Positions 52,384 through 63,298 of a DNA stretch of 64,000 nucleotides are shown here, piece after piece. The stretch is taken from the NCBI GenBank assembly GCA_965198005.1, contig CBDAOI010000004.1, forward strand, positions 1,376,001 through 1,440,000, given 5' to 3'. This DNA comes from Spirochaetia bacterium (GTDB lineage: Bacteria; Spirochaetota; Spirochaetia; SZUA-6; Bin103). The notes under the pieces are model-generated. The model saw only the letters and a list, made by a program, of their open reading frames with translations. It had not been told where the DNA came from and did not search any database. The position numbers and the translations under genes are program-made. Position 1 is the stretch's first letter. Each line of letters begins with the position of its first letter.

Positions 52384-52590
52384 CTACATGCGGCTCAAGA
52401 CGACCGCGATCGCGATCATGATCGCCACCCCGGCTACCAGGGTCAGGCCCAAAAGCAGCCCCTGACTCAGACGCAGCGCTGACCCGGAGCGCACCATCTT
52501 CACCAGCGGCGTCCAGAGTGCGACGGTCATGGCCGCGAATCCGGCCGCCACCAGGAGCACGATCAGCATTACCAGCAGGTCAATGGTCAC
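52384..52590 (-). CDS. Small two-TM membrane protein
   Basis: 68 aa, two hydrophobic segments, SD AAGGA. Confidence 0.65.
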   Translation of the reverse strand: MTIDLLVMLIVLLVAAGFAAMTVALWTPLVKMVRSGSALRLSQGLLLGLTLVAGVAIMIAIAVVLSRM

Positions 52591-52682
52591 GTCCTTAACC
52601 TACCGGGTATGCGCGTCCGGATCAACGGCGTACGCGCCTCGCCTCGGCGGCTCAGCCGCCTCGACCGCTCGGTTCACGCCGC

Positions 52683-54212
52683 TCAGTAGGCGCGGGCGAA
52701 TACGACTTCGGGGGCGCCGGCGGCGCCGGTTACGATGCACGGCGCGGCCGCGCTCCCGTTCGGGCCGTCCAGGATGCAGCGTGGGCTGACCTTGAGCCGC
52801 TTCAACCGGGCCTGCACCCCGGGATCCTGCTCGGCGGCCTCCGCCATCGGCGCGATCGCGAAGCCCGCCTCGGCGTCGGCGCGGAAGTACTCTTCCAGCT
52901 TCCCCAGGTCGCGCACCCGCGCCGTGTGGTCGTCGAGGAACGCTCGCGCCCGCTGCAACAGTCCGTCCTGGATTTCACCGAGCAGCGCGGGCGCCTCCGC
53001 CACGAACCGCTCGCGGGGAATCGATTGCCGGTCGCGCGGCGGCCGGTCGCGGCGCGCGACCGCCAGCGTGCCCGCCGCCAAGTCGCGCGGTCCGACCTCG
53101 ATCCGCAGCGGCACGCCGCGCTTGACGTGGTGCCAGTTCTTCTCGCCGCCGCGCAGATCGCGGTCGTCGACGGTGACCCGCAACGGTTCGCCGGCGTAGC
53201 GGGCGGCGGCCAGTTCCGCTTGCAGCGCCTGGCAGAACGGCACCACCGCGCCGCGCTGCGCCTCGTCCTTGTAGATCGGCAGGATCACCACCTGGTACGG
53301 CGCGAGTCGCGGCGGCAACACCACGCCGTCGTCGTCGCCGTGGGTCATGATCAGCCCCCCGACCAGGCGGGTCGACACTCCCCAGGAGGTAGTCCAGGCG
53401 TATACCACGTTGCCGTCGCGGTCGCTGAAGTTGATCGAGCAGGCCTTGGCGAAGTTCTGGCCGAGGAAGTGGGAGGTGCCCGCCTGCAGCGCCTTCCGAT
53501 CCTGCATCATCGCCTCGATGGTGTAGGTATTGACCGCTCCGGGAAACCGTTCGGCGGCGCTCTTCTCGCCGCAGATGACCGGCATCGCCATGTAGTTCTC
53601 GGCGAAGTCGGCGTACACGCCCAGCATGCGCAGGGTCTCCTCCTGCGCCTCCTCCGCCGTGGCGTGCACGGTGTGCCCCTCCTGCCAGAGAAACTCCGCG
53701 GTGCGCAGGAACAGCCGCGGGCGCAGCTCCCAGCGCACCACGTTGGCCCACTGATTGATCAGGATCGGCAGGTCGCGGTAGGACTGGACCCACTTGGCGT
53801 ACATCTCGCCGATGATGGTCTCGCTGGTCGGCCGCACCACGTACGGCTCATCCAGCTCGCCGGCCGGCACCAGGCCGCCGTCCTTGCCCCGCTCCAACCG
53901 GTGATGGGTGACCACCGCGCACTCCTTGGCGAAACCCTCGACGTGCTTGGCTTCCCGTTCGAGGTAGCGTAGCGGAATCAACAGGGGGAAGTAGGCGTTG
54001 GTATGCCCGGTCGCCTTGAACATGCCGTCCAGCACCCGCTGCATGTTCTCCCAGACCGCGTAGCCCCACGGTTTGATCACCATGCACCCGCGCACCGGCG
54101 ACAACTCCGCCAAGTCCGCGGCGCGCACCACCTGCTGATACCACTCGGGGTAGTTCTCGGCGCGGGTCGGAGAAATCGCCGTCCGCGCCGCCTTCGCTGA
54201 TCCTTTGCTCAT
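52683..54212 (-). CDS. proS: Proline--tRNA ligase, archaeal/eukaryote type
   Basis: RPTSET, QWANVVRWE, FLWQEGHT, LQAGTSH, SWGVSTR, C-terminal FARAY. Confidence 0.96.
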   Translation of the reverse strand: MSKGSAKAARTAISPTRAENYPEWYQQVVRAADLAELSPVRGCMVIKPWGYAVWENMQRVLDGMFKATGHTNAYFPLLIPLRYLEREAKHVEGFAKECAVVTHHRLERGKDGGLVPAGELDEPYVVRPTSETIIGEMYAKWVQSYRDLPILINQWANVVRWELRPRLFLRTAEFLWQEGHTVHATAEEAQEETLRMLGVYADFAENYMAMPVICGEKSAAERFPGAVNTYTIEAMMQDRKALQAGTSHFLGQNFAKACSINFSDRDGNVVYAWTTSWGVSTRLVGGLIMTHGDDDGVVLPPRLAPYQVVILPIYKDEAQRGAVVPFCQALQAELAAARYAGEPLRVTVDDRDLRGGEKNWHHVKRGVPLRIEVGPRDLAAGTLAVARRDRPPRDRQSIPRERFVAEAPALLGEIQDGLLQRARAFLDDHTARVRDLGKLEEYFRADAEAGFAIAPMAEAAEQDPGVQARLKRLKVSPRCILDGPNGSAAAPCIVTGAAGAPEVVFARAY

Positions 54213-54296
54213 GAGCCTGACGCTACGGTAGCCGGTCGGCGGCACCCGACGCAACGCGCGCAGCCGGCCGCGCCGGTCGCGCCGTCCGCAGCAGCC

Positions 54297-56270
54297 TCAG
54301 TCGAGCCACACCCGAATCCTGGTATCGCCGGTCAACGGCGTGCCGGGCGCGGGATCCTGGCGGCGCACGTAGCCCGAGCCGCGCAGCTCGACGCGCACGC
54401 CGGTGTTGCCGAGCAACGGCAACAGCCGCCGTTGCGGCAGGCCGATCAGCCGCGGAACGACGTCGCCCAGGGTGGGACGCGGCGCCGCCGGCACCACGAC
54501 GTGTGCGGGGTGCTGCAGCGGTTGCTGCTCCGTGGGCGGCAGCGCGTAGTAGGTGGTGAGAAAGCTGGCGACCTCGCGCAGCAACGGGGCGGCGATCAGT
54601 CCGCCGTAGCGCTGCTCTCCCTTGGGATGATGGATCACGACGTAGACGATGAACGCGGGGTCATCGGTGGGGAGGATGCCCAGGACGGAAGCGGTGAGGC
54701 GCTCCTGAGAGTAGGCGCGGGTCTCCGGATCGATCATCTGTGCGGTCCCGGTCTTGGCCGATATCCGGTAGTTGCGCAGGCGCGCCAGTTGGGCGGTGCC
54801 CGATTCCGTCACGGTCTCCATCATCTCCAGAATCTGTCCGGCCACGGTCGGCGAGAGCACTGCGGTCGAGGGCTCCGGAGCGAACGACTTGACCACGGTC
54901 CCGTCCGCCGCCTCCACGGTGCGAACGATCTGGGGCCGCAGCAGCACGCCGCCGTTGGCGAGCGCCGTGGCCGCCTGCACCATCTGCAGCGTGGTGACCG
55001 AGATCTCCTGACCGATGGCGATGGTAGGTTTGGACCGGGCCGACCATTCGTCGACGGGCCGCAGGATGCCGGCGCTCTCCCCGCGAAACGGCGCTCCGGT
55101 CGGTTCCCCGAAGCCGAACTGGCGCAGCAGGCCGTAGAACGCGTCGGCGTCGATGCGGTCGGAGGCGTAGGCGGCCCCGGCGTTGCTGGAGTACCGGAGG
55201 ATGAGCTCGACGTTCACCGGGCCGTACACCCCCAGGTCGCGAATCCGGATGACCGTGCCGTTGGTCAGCCGGCGGATGTACTGCCCCGGGCTGGAAAACC
55301 AGGTGGAGGTCGACACTGCACCCGCCTGCAGCAGCGAGGCCATGGTGAACACCTTCAGGACCGAACCCGGCTCGTACGGGGTGGTGGCCATGTCGTTGCG
55401 CCACCGCGTCGCGGGCACCGCGGCATAGTCGTTGGGATTGAAGGTGGGGCGGGACGCGTAGGCCAGGATCTCACCGGTCCGGGCCGCGGCCACGACGATG
55501 TACACCGCATCGGCGGCGTGCTTCGTCCGGGCGGCGCCGGCGATCCGCTCCATCTCGAACTGGACGTTGACGTCGAGCGTCAGGAACACCTTGTTCCCGA
55601 ACACCTCGGTGCTGTCATCGGGAATGGTGTCCGGCGCCAGCACGTGGTTGAAGGTGTGCTCGATCCCTTCCAGGCCGATGTTGTCGACGCCGACGAACCC
55701 CAGGACCTGGGCCGCCAGCTCCTGCCCCGGGTAGGTGCGCGTCTGTTCCGGTTGCAGCCGGATTCCATGCAACTCTCCGCGTTCACGCGCCGCCTTGATC
55801 AGGGCGGACTGCGCCGGTGTGACGTGGCGGCGCACGAACACGAAGTTGTTGCTCCCGTGCAGCCGCGCCAGCACGTCGTCGACCTCCATTTCCAGAATCT
55901 CCGCCAGTGCCTGCGCGGTCTGGTGGGGGCGGCTCACGTCAGGAAGCCAGGCGGTTACCGAGTCGAGCTGGGTGGAAATCGCCAGGATCCGCCCGTTGCG
56001 ATCCAGCAGGGGGCCGCGCTCGATTTCCGGCAGCCGGACCGTCGGCCCCTGCTCGGAGCCGACCATGATGGTACCGTACCGCCAGATCAGGAGCGCGAAG
56101 CCGGCACCGAGGAGCAGCACGAACGGCAACAGCCGCCGCCGCAGCGGATCCCGCGCGCCGTCACCGGGGGGCGGGCCGTCGGCGGGCAACTGCTCGGGCG
56201 CTGATTCGCCTGCGTCCGAAGCTTCCTGCGCGCTGACGGACGTCGGGTAGTGAACGGTTCTCCGGTGCAC
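54297..56270 (-). CDS. Class B penicillin-binding protein (FtsI-like)
   Basis: RGPLLDRNG, YEPGSVLK (SxxK), SSN, KTGT, PASTA-like tail. Confidence 0.92.
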   Translation of the reverse strand: MHRRTVHYPTSVSAQEASDAGESAPEQLPADGPPPGDGARDPLRRRLLPFVLLLGAGFALLIWRYGTIMVGSEQGPTVRLPEIERGPLLDRNGRILAISTQLDSVTAWLPDVSRPHQTAQALAEILEMEVDDVLARLHGSNNFVFVRRHVTPAQSALIKAARERGELHGIRLQPEQTRTYPGQELAAQVLGFVGVDNIGLEGIEHTFNHVLAPDTIPDDSTEVFGNKVFLTLDVNVQFEMERIAGAARTKHAADAVYIVVAAARTGEILAYASRPTFNPNDYAAVPATRWRNDMATTPYEPGSVLKVFTMASLLQAGAVSTSTWFSSPGQYIRRLTNGTVIRIRDLGVYGPVNVELILRYSSNAGAAYASDRIDADAFYGLLRQFGFGEPTGAPFRGESAGILRPVDEWSARSKPTIAIGQEISVTTLQMVQAATALANGGVLLRPQIVRTVEAADGTVVKSFAPEPSTAVLSPTVAGQILEMMETVTESGTAQLARLRNYRISAKTGTAQMIDPETRAYSQERLTASVLGILPTDDPAFIVYVVIHHPKGEQRYGGLIAAPLLREVASFLTTYYALPPTEQQPLQHPAHVVVPAAPRPTLGDVVPRLIGLPQRRLLPLLGNTGVRVELRGSGYVRRQDPAPGTPLTGDTRIRVWLD

Positions 56271-56514
56271 ATTGGGAGTATCGGCGCGTACCGCCGCGCC
56301 GCCAGCACTCTAATCGAGTGACGATAGTCGGCGCGTTGCGGCCTCGCGCTCTGCGACGCGCTCGCGCTCCCACTGCTCAAGGTCCACCGTGCGCGCGCAC
56401 ACGGAGGCCTGTAGTCCAGCACGCGCACCGATTCGACATCCGGAGAGTAGGTCGACTTGATCGCGGTAACGGCCACTGGCCGGGGACCGTCGTAGCTGGT
56501 ACGATGGTCGTATC

Positions 56515-56745
56515 ATGACGGTGATACTGGCAGTGGGGATCATGGTGATGCTGGCCGCCTTCCTCGGCCTGCGCGTGCTGCTCGGGAAAGACGAGGAGGT
56601 GCGCAGGCCCGGCTGCTCCAACGCCAACGCGTTCATGGAGCAGCAGGAGGCGTGCCCGATCTGCGGGGTCGCAACCGGTGAGGCCTGCGCCGAACCCGCC
56701 ACCGCCGCTACGGCCTCCACACCGCAGCCGGACGACCCGCGCTAG
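56515..56745 (+). CDS. Small membrane-anchored Cys-rich protein
   Basis: N-terminal TM, then GCS...CPICG...C. Confidence 0.6.
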   Translation: MTVILAVGIMVMLAAFLGLRVLLGKDEEVRRPGCSNANAFMEQQEACPICGVATGEACAEPATAATASTPQPDDPR

Positions 56746-56761
56746 CGCTAGCCAACCGCCC

Positions 56762-58291
56762 CTACAGCGCGTAACCGGTTCTCGGTGCGGACGCGATGTC
56801 CGTTTCCTTGAGCACCACGTCGTGCGCCCCGCCCTCGCGCAGACTGGTGGCGGACACCACGGTGAGGCGGGCCTCCCGGTGCAGTGCGGCAATGTCGGTC
56901 ACCCCGCAGTTGCACAGGGTGGTCCTGATCCTGGTGAGAGTCTGTTCCAGGTTGTCGCGCAGCATGCCGGCATAGGGAACGTAGCCGTCCACGCCCTCCT
57001 CGAAGGCGAGTCCGCTCTCGGGCAGGCGGCCGGCGTAGCGCTGCCAGTTGCGGGCGCGGTTGGTCCCCTCGCCCCAGTATTCCTTGACGAAGGTGGTGCC
57101 CATCCGGATGCGCGGCGCCGGGCTTTCGTCGAACCGTGCGAAGTAGCGACCCATCATCACGAAGTCGGCTCCCATCGCCAGCGCCAGGGTGACGTGGTAG
57201 TCATGGAACACGCCCCCGTCGGCGCAGATCGGGACGTAGTGTCCGGTCTCCGCCAACAGCCGGTCGCGCGCGCTCCCCACGTCCAGCACCGCGCTCGCCT
57301 GGCCGCGACCGATGCCCTTCTGCTCGCGCGTAATGCAGATCGAACCCGGGCCGACCCCGACCTTGACGAAGTCGGCACCCGCCTCGGCCAGATAGCGGAA
57401 TCCCTCGGCGTCGGCCACGTTGCCGGCGCCGACCAGCACGGCGTCACCGCAGGTCCGTTTCACCCACGCCAGCGTGTCGCGCTGAAAACCGCTGAACCCG
57501 TCCGAGGAGTCGACGCACATCAGGTCCACCCCTGCCTCCAGCAGCCGCGGCACGCGCTCCTGAAAGTCATGCGTGTTGATGCCCGCCCCGACCAGCAGCC
57601 GCTTCTCGTCGTCGATCAGCTCGTTGGGGTTCTCCTTGTGCTCGTCATAGTCCTTGCGGAACACCAGGTAGCGCAGTTGCCGGTCGCGGTCGACGATCGG
57701 GAGACAGTTGAGCCGGTGCTGCCAGATCAGGTTGTTGGCCTCGGACAGGCCGATGCCGTCGGTGCCGTACACCAGCTCGGCGAACGGGGTCATGATGTTG
57801 ACCACCGGTTCCCCTGGGTCGACGTGGCCGATGCGATAGTCGCGGCCGGTGAGGATGCCGAGCAGCCGGCCGTCGGCGGCGCCGTTGTCGGTGATCGCCA
57901 TCGTGGTATGGCCCGTCCTGCGGCTCAGGGCCAGCACGTCGCCAAGCGTGGCCTGCGGTCCGAGATTGGTGTCGCTGACCACGAACCCCGCCTTGAACTT
58001 CTTCACCTTGCGTACCATCTCAGCCTGCGCCGCGACCGGCTGCGAGGCGTAGATGAACGCCAGACCGCCGCAACGGGCGAGCGCCACCGCCAGGGTGTCG
58101 TCCGACACCGACTGCATCATGGCCGACACCATCGGCACGTTGAGCGACAGTGCCGGCGGCGCCGGCGGCCGGAACCGAACCAGCGGCGTGCGCAGGTTGA
58201 CGTTGGCGGGAACGCACTCCCGCCGGGTGAGGTTGGGGAGCAGCAGGTATTCGCTGAAGGTGCGCGATACCTCGGGCAACACTAGGGGCAT
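56762..58291 (-). CDS. guaB: IMP dehydrogenase
   Basis: CBS pair, [27 protein letters not shown]. Confidence 0.95.
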   Translation of the reverse strand: MPLVLPEVSRTFSEYLLLPNLTRRECVPANVNLRTPLVRFRPPAPPALSLNVPMVSAMMQSVSDDTLAVALARCGGLAFIYASQPVAAQAEMVRKVKKFKAGFVVSDTNLGPQATLGDVLALSRRTGHTTMAITDNGAADGRLLGILTGRDYRIGHVDPGEPVVNIMTPFAELVYGTDGIGLSEANNLIWQHRLNCLPIVDRDRQLRYLVFRKDYDEHKENPNELIDDEKRLLVGAGINTHDFQERVPRLLEAGVDLMCVDSSDGFSGFQRDTLAWVKRTCGDAVLVGAGNVADAEGFRYLAEAGADFVKVGVGPGSICITREQKGIGRGQASAVLDVGSARDRLLAETGHYVPICADGGVFHDYHVTLALAMGADFVMMGRYFARFDESPAPRIRMGTTFVKEYWGEGTNRARNWQRYAGRLPESGLAFEEGVDGYVPYAGMLRDNLEQTLTRIRTTLCNCGVTDIAALHREARLTVVSATSLREGGAHDVVLKETDIASAPRTGYAL

Positions 58292-58478
58292 GTCAGACGG
58301 TAACGGCCTGAGCGTGGCACGTCAAACGCGTCAAACGGTACAACGGTAACCACGGTAACCGGCGGAGCGGGCGCGCAAGCAGGGCGCCGCTGAGCATGCG
58401 CTCGGTCGTGTCCGCGCGGATCGTCGGCAGCCTTGAGCGCGCGCGGCCACGTCAGCGGCTTGATGGCGTGCCTGCGCG

Positions 58479-58877
58479 TCAGTGCGGGTGACCATGCCCG
58501 GGCCTGGTCGGGACTACGGTCACGTCGAACGTGGAGGAGAACTCACCGCTGGAATTCCTGGCCGTTGTCCTGACCTGGGCCTGCCCCGGCGTGTGCCCCC
58601 TGAGGGTCAGTGCATGGCCCTGAACCGTTGCCGTCACGATCCGCGGTTTCGAGGACCCGGCGGAGTACTCCAGCTTCATCCCCCGGAAGTGGGGGCGTAG
58701 GTCCAACGTGACGGTGTGGTCCACGTCGACTCTCTGCGCTCGGATGAGTTCGCCTTCGTACGGTGCCTCCAGCGGCGTGCCCGGCGGGCAGGCCACCAGC
58801 AAGACGCCGAATGACAGGATCACCAGCACGCGCAGCACTCTGTTCATCACGTTCAATGCGCTCTTCACGGTCTTCAT
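58479..58877 (-). CDS. Putative lipoprotein with Ig-like domain
   Basis: Lipobox VLLVAC; beta-rich tail; start overlaps serS stop. Confidence 0.7.
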   Translation of the reverse strand: MKTVKSALNVMNRVLRVLVILSFGVLLVACPPGTPLEAPYEGELIRAQRVDVDHTVTLDLRPHFRGMKLEYSAGSSKPRIVTATVQGHALTLRGHTPGQAQVRTTARNSSGEFSSTFDVTVVPTRPGHGHPH

Positions 58878-60157
58878 GATCCGTCTCCGATCACCGCGAA
58901 ACCGGTGTAGGACTGCAGCACCTCGGGCACCGCGACCGTGCGGTCGGCGCGCTGGCCCGCTTCGAGCAGCGCGGGCAGCAGCCGGCTGGTCGCCAGCCCC
59001 GAGGCGTTGAGGGTGTGGACCAGGGTGCTGCCGGGGCTGCCGCGCACGCGGGTGCGGGCGCGCCGCGCCTGATAGTCGCGGGTGTTGGAGGCGGAACTGA
59101 CCTCCTCGTAGCTGCCGAGGCTGGGGATCCACACCTCCACGTCGTAGGTCTTGGCGGCGGCGGCGCTGCAGTCCGCGGCCGCGAGCTGGGAGGTGCGGTG
59201 GTGCAGTCCCAGCTCGCGCACCAGCGACTCGGCGTGCGCTACCATCTGTTCCAGCGCCTGCGGCGACTGTTCCGGCGCCGTGAACTGGAACAGCTCGACC
59301 TTGTGAAACTGGTGGCCGCGAATCGTGCCGCGGTCGTGGGTGCGATAGCTGCCCGCCTCGCGGCGGTAGCACGGGGTGAAGGCGCAGTACTTCAGCGGCA
59401 GCGCCGCGGCGTCGAGAATCTCGTCACGGTGGAGCGCACTGAGGGCGGTCTCGGAGGTGGGGATCAGCACCTGGCCGCGGCCGTCGCCGCCGTCGCCGGC
59501 GTCCACCCGATACACGTCCTGGCCGAACTTCGGGAACTGCCCCGAGATGTACCCGCACTCCCAGTTGACGATGTGCGGCAGCAGCATCAACTGGTAGCCG
59601 GCGGCCACGGCGCGGGCGATGAAGTGGCTCACCAGCGCCCACTCCAGCAAGGCGCCGGCGCCGCGATAGACCCAGAAGCCGTTGCCCGCGAGCTTCACGC
59701 CGCGTTCGAAGTCGATCAGCCCGAGCCCGGTGGCGATGGCCAGGTGGTCTTCCGCGGGGAAGTCGAAGCGGGGCGCTTCGCCCCAGGTGCGGAGCACGCG
59801 GTTGTTCTCCTTGCCGCCGCCGGGCACGTCCGCGTCGGGCACGTTGGGCAGCACCTCGAGGAAGGCACGGATCCACCCCTCCAGCTCCGCGCGCCGGCAT
59901 TCTACCGCCTTTATCCGCTGCCCGACCTCGCGCATCTCCTCGATCAACTCCTGTACCGGCTCGCCGCGCTGCTTGAGGCGCGGGATCCGGCCGGACACCT
60001 CGTTGCGGCGCGCGCGCAGGGTGTCGGCCTCCACGACGTGGCCGCGCCGCCGTTCATCCCACTCCAGCAACTCGCTGAAGTCCAGGTCCGTGAGGCGCTT
60101 GCGCAGCGCCCGCGCGACGCCGTCGGGGTCCGAGCGAATCTGATTGATGTCGATCAT
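58874..60157 (-). CDS. serS: Serine--tRNA ligase
   Basis: LIPTSE, CYRREAG, HQFHKVE, KTYDVEVW, EVSSASN, HTLNASGLA. Confidence 0.96.
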   Translation of the reverse strand: MIDINQIRSDPDGVARALRKRLTDLDFSELLEWDERRRGHVVEADTLRARRNEVSGRIPRLKQRGEPVQELIEEMREVGQRIKAVECRRAELEGWIRAFLEVLPNVPDADVPGGGKENNRVLRTWGEAPRFDFPAEDHLAIATGLGLIDFERGVKLAGNGFWVYRGAGALLEWALVSHFIARAVAAGYQLMLLPHIVNWECGYISGQFPKFGQDVYRVDAGDGGDGRGQVLIPTSETALSALHRDEILDAAALPLKYCAFTPCYRREAGSYRTHDRGTIRGHQFHKVELFQFTAPEQSPQALEQMVAHAESLVRELGLHHRTSQLAAADCSAAAAKTYDVEVWIPSLGSYEEVSSASNTRDYQARRARTRVRGSPGSTLVHTLNASGLATSRLLPALLEAGQRADRTVAVPEVLQSYTGFAVIGDGS

Positions 60158-60262
60158 TGCCGCCCTCACCGTAACATGCCGGGCGCGCGTACGTCGCCCC
60201 GGCTATGGACGCCGAGACGGATAAGCGCCATGATGAGACAGGGGAGTAGAAGGGGTGCCGTG

Positions 60263-61394
60263 ATGGCGTTTTCCGTTGAGGACGTTGGCGATCTGGTTCG
60301 TATTCTCGAAGAGAAGCCCGAGTGGCGTTCCGAACTCCGCCGGGTGGTGCTCAGCGACCACTGGTCGGCGCTGCATGAGCAGATCGCGGAGTCGCGTTTG
60401 GCTACCGAGCGGCGTATCGACGCGATCAACGCGGAGATTGCTGAGTTGCGCGCGGCCACGGAGCGGCACACGGCGGAGATCGCGGAGTTGCGTGCCGCCA
60501 CCGAGCGGCACACGGCGGAGGCGGAGTTGCGTGCGCACGAGCGGCACACGGCGGAGATCGCGGAGTTGCGTGCCGCCACCGAGCGGCACACGGCGGAGAT
60601 CGCGGAGTTGCGTGCCGCCACCGAGCGGCACACGGCGGAGATCGCGGAGTTGCGTGCCGCCACCGAGCGGCACACGGCGGAGATCGCGGAGTTGCGTGCC
60701 GCCACCGAGCGGCACACGGCGGAGATCGCGGAGTTGCGTGCCGCCACCGAGCGGCACACGGCGGAGATCGCGGAGTTGCGTGCCGCCACCGAGCGGCACA
60801 CGGAGATCGCGGAGCGTCGCGGAGATCGCGGAGTTGCGTGCCGCCACCGAGCGGCACACGGAGCAGATCGCGGAGTTGCGTGCCGCCACCGAGCGACACA
60901 CGGAGCAGATCGCGAGACTGACCCGATCCGTACACTCCTTGTCGAACGACGTAGGGGATCTCAAGGGGATGGGCCTGGAGCAGCGCTATCGACGGATGGC
61001 GTACGCCTACTTCGGCCGATTCATCCGCCGCACGCGTGTGATGCAGACGGAGCGATTTGCTGCGCTGGTCGAGGACGCGATAACTCAGGGGGTGCTGTCC
61101 GACGACGAGGCCGACGAGTTGTCCTGGGTTGACTTGGTGGTCAGCGGGAAGCGTCGCGACACGGGTAACGAAGTGTTCCTGGTGGCGGAGATCTCCTGGA
61201 CCGTTGCTCCCCACGACGTGGAGCGAGCTGCTCGGCGCGCGAGCCTGTTTGCTCGAATTCGATCCCCGGTCCTGGCCGTGGCAGCCGGGAAATTCGTGAC
61301 GGAGGAAGCCGCTCTCAGGGCACGGGACGAGAACGTGTGGGTGTTCTTCGAAGGAACGGTCCACCCACCCGACAGTACGGCAATCGGCCCGTAA
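60263..61394 (+). CDS. Coiled-coil 14-aa repeat protein with C-terminal nuclease-like domain; frameshift within repeats
   Basis: MAFSVEDVGDLVRILEEKPEWR; (AEIAELRAATERHT)n; DLVV..AEISW..DVERA in second frame. Confidence 0.8.
60431..60915 (+). repeat. 42-bp coding tandem repeat (~11-12 units, some with deletions)
   Basis: GCGGAGATCGCGGAGTTGCGTGCCGCCACCGAGCGGCACACG. Confidence 0.95.
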
Positions 61395-61422
61395 GCGCGG
61401 CGAAGCGCGGGACCGGCCGAGG

Positions 61423-62154
61423 CTACCGGGCATTACCGCCGGGTGGGCCGGCTGGCGGGGGCGGTTCCCGCTCCAGGTCAGCCCTGGTCGCCGCCAGTCG
61501 ATGGCGCCAGCCGGGCGGCAACTCGACCCGGCCGGTAAGGCGAAAGTCCGCCACCAGGGCGCGCAGCCGGACGCGGCGCTCGGCGGGAGAGCGGATCGTC
61601 CGCTTGGCGAGCGACCGCAGCTCTCCGAGGGCGTCCAGATACTGCGCCAGCTCGGACGCGCCGCTCTGCGGAGCGGGGTTGCACATTGCCTCCAGGTCCT
61701 GCCGCAGACGGCTGGCCAGGCTCGGCGCCGCGTTGCTGGTGCTGATGCTGATCCGCAGGTGGCCGCAGGTCACCAGCGCGGCCATGGCCATGGTCGAGTA
61801 CTGCGGCACGTCGAACGTGTTGATCGGTATCCGCCGCCGGCGGGCGAGCATGTACACCTGCCGGCGCAGGGCGGGGTCGGAGCGCACGGTATTGAGCACC
61901 AGGGTGGCGCCCTCCAGGTCGCGCCGCCGGAACCGGCGCGGGCGGTGGCGGATGCGCCCGGCCTCGGCCCAGCCGCGCAGCTCGCCGCTCAGCGCGGGCG
62001 CCACCACCAGCACGTCCGCGCGCGCGTCGAGCAGCCGCCGCGTCTTGTCGGTGGCCTCGGCGCCGCCGCCGATCACCAGGCAGCGGCGCCCGGCCACGTC
62101 CAGTCCCACCTGAAACTGCGGGTTGAACTCCGCGCCGTCACCCTTCCTCGTCAT
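61423..62154 (-). CDS. Precorrin-2 dehydrogenase/sirohydrochlorin ferrochelatase (CysG N-terminal/SirC-like)
   Basis: CLVIGGG, ISISTSNAAPSLA. Confidence 0.85.
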   Translation of the reverse strand: MTRKGDGAEFNPQFQVGLDVAGRRCLVIGGGAEATDKTRRLLDARADVLVVAPALSGELRGWAEAGRIRHRPRRFRRRDLEGATLVLNTVRSDPALRRQVYMLARRRRIPINTFDVPQYSTMAMAALVTCGHLRISISTSNAAPSLASRLRQDLEAMCNPAPQSGASELAQYLDALGELRSLAKRTIRSPAERRVRLRALVADFRLTGRVELPPGWRHRLAATRADLEREPPPPAGPPGGNAR

Positions 62155-62323
62155 GGATTCTCCCATCGAGGCGATCATATTGCGTAGCGCCGCCGGCGCA
62201 CAGGTGCCGCGGCCCCCGCGTGTCAGTGCGTGCGTGTAGTGCGTGTCCGCTTGTTTGACGCCCGCGCGTCTGCGCGCTATGATCGGAGGACCGTGTGGGG
62301 TGGGGCGACGACGCGATGACGCG

Positions 62324-62764
62324 ATGACGCTGGATGGCGAACAAACGTTCACGGCCGACCGGGCGCTGGTCTGGGAGCGGTTGAATGACCCGGCGGTGCT
62401 GGCGCGGACCACGCCTGGACTGAAGGAGTTGGTGCCGGTGCGAACCGATGCGTACCGGGCGGTGTTCGAGATCAAGATGGGCCCGATCAACAGCAGGTTC
62501 GACGGTACGCTGGAGGTCGTGGACCGGGTGCCGCCGGAGCGGTTTCGACTGGTCATCAGGATTAGTGGTAAATTGGGCAACGTGGATGCCGAGGCGTCCA
62601 TCGCGCTGCGCGCGGAGGGGAGCGCCACCGTGGTTGCGTTCTCGGGGAAGGCCCGGCTGGCCGGGCTGCTGATGCGCATGGGGCAGCGGGTGCTTGGCGG
62701 AGTGGGCCGGATGTTCACCCGGCAGTTCTTTCAGGCACTGGAACAGGAGCTCACGATAGCCTAA
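62324..62764 (+). CDS. coxG: CoxG/SRPBCC-family protein
   Basis: VWERLNDPAVLA..PG, GQRVLGGV. Confidence 0.85.
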   Translation: MTLDGEQTFTADRALVWERLNDPAVLARTTPGLKELVPVRTDAYRAVFEIKMGPINSRFDGTLEVVDRVPPERFRLVIRISGKLGNVDAEASIALRAEGSATVVAFSGKARLAGLLMRMGQRVLGGVGRMFTRQFFQALEQELTIA

Positions 62765-62797
62765 CGTGAACGCCTTGAGCGTCACGCTTGCGAGGAG

Positions 62798-63283
62798 ATG
62801 GAGATGACGGTACCGATCAGCGTCACGGTCAACGGACGCAGCTACAGCAGGGAGGTGGAACCACGCCAGTTGCTGGTAACCTTCCTGCGGGAGGAGTTGT
62901 CGCTGACCGGCACCCACGTCGGCTGCGACACCAGCGGCTGCGGCGCCTGCACCATCGTGGTGAACGGGCGCGCGGTCAAGTCGTGCACCCTGCTGGCGGT
63001 GCAGGCCGACGGTGCCAGGATCACTACGATAGAGGGACTGGCAGAGGGGCTGGCGGAAGACGGCGCGTTGCACCCGCTGCAGCAGGGATTCCACGAGGAG
63101 CACGGCCTGCAGTGCGGGTTCTGTACGCCGGGCATGATCATCGCCGCCTGGCAGCTCCTGGAGCGCAATCCCCACCCCAGCGACGCGGAGATTCGGCACG
63201 CGCTGGAGGGTAACTTCTGCCGCTGCACGGGCTATGAGAACATCGTCAGGTCGGTCCGGCACGCCGCCGGGTCGCAGGCGTAG
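62798..63283 (+). CDS. coxS: [2Fe-2S] small subunit of CO/xanthine dehydrogenase family
   Basis: [25 protein letters not shown]. Confidence 0.93.
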   Translation: MEMTVPISVTVNGRSYSREVEPRQLLVTFLREELSLTGTHVGCDTSGCGACTIVVNGRAVKSCTLLAVQADGARITTIEGLAEGLAEDGALHPLQQGFHEEHGLQCGFCTPGMIIAAWQLLERNPHPSDAEIRHALEGNFCRCTGYENIVRSVRHAAGSQA

Positions 63284-63298
63284 GGGAGGAGGCACAGG

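Noticed and set aside
58320-58362. Purine riboswitch upstream of guaB
   Set aside because: Only short degenerate 8-9 bp repeats; no recognisable aptamer core
60431-60915. CRISPR array
   Set aside because: Contiguous 42-bp units without spacers, in frame as a coiled-coil; no cas genes
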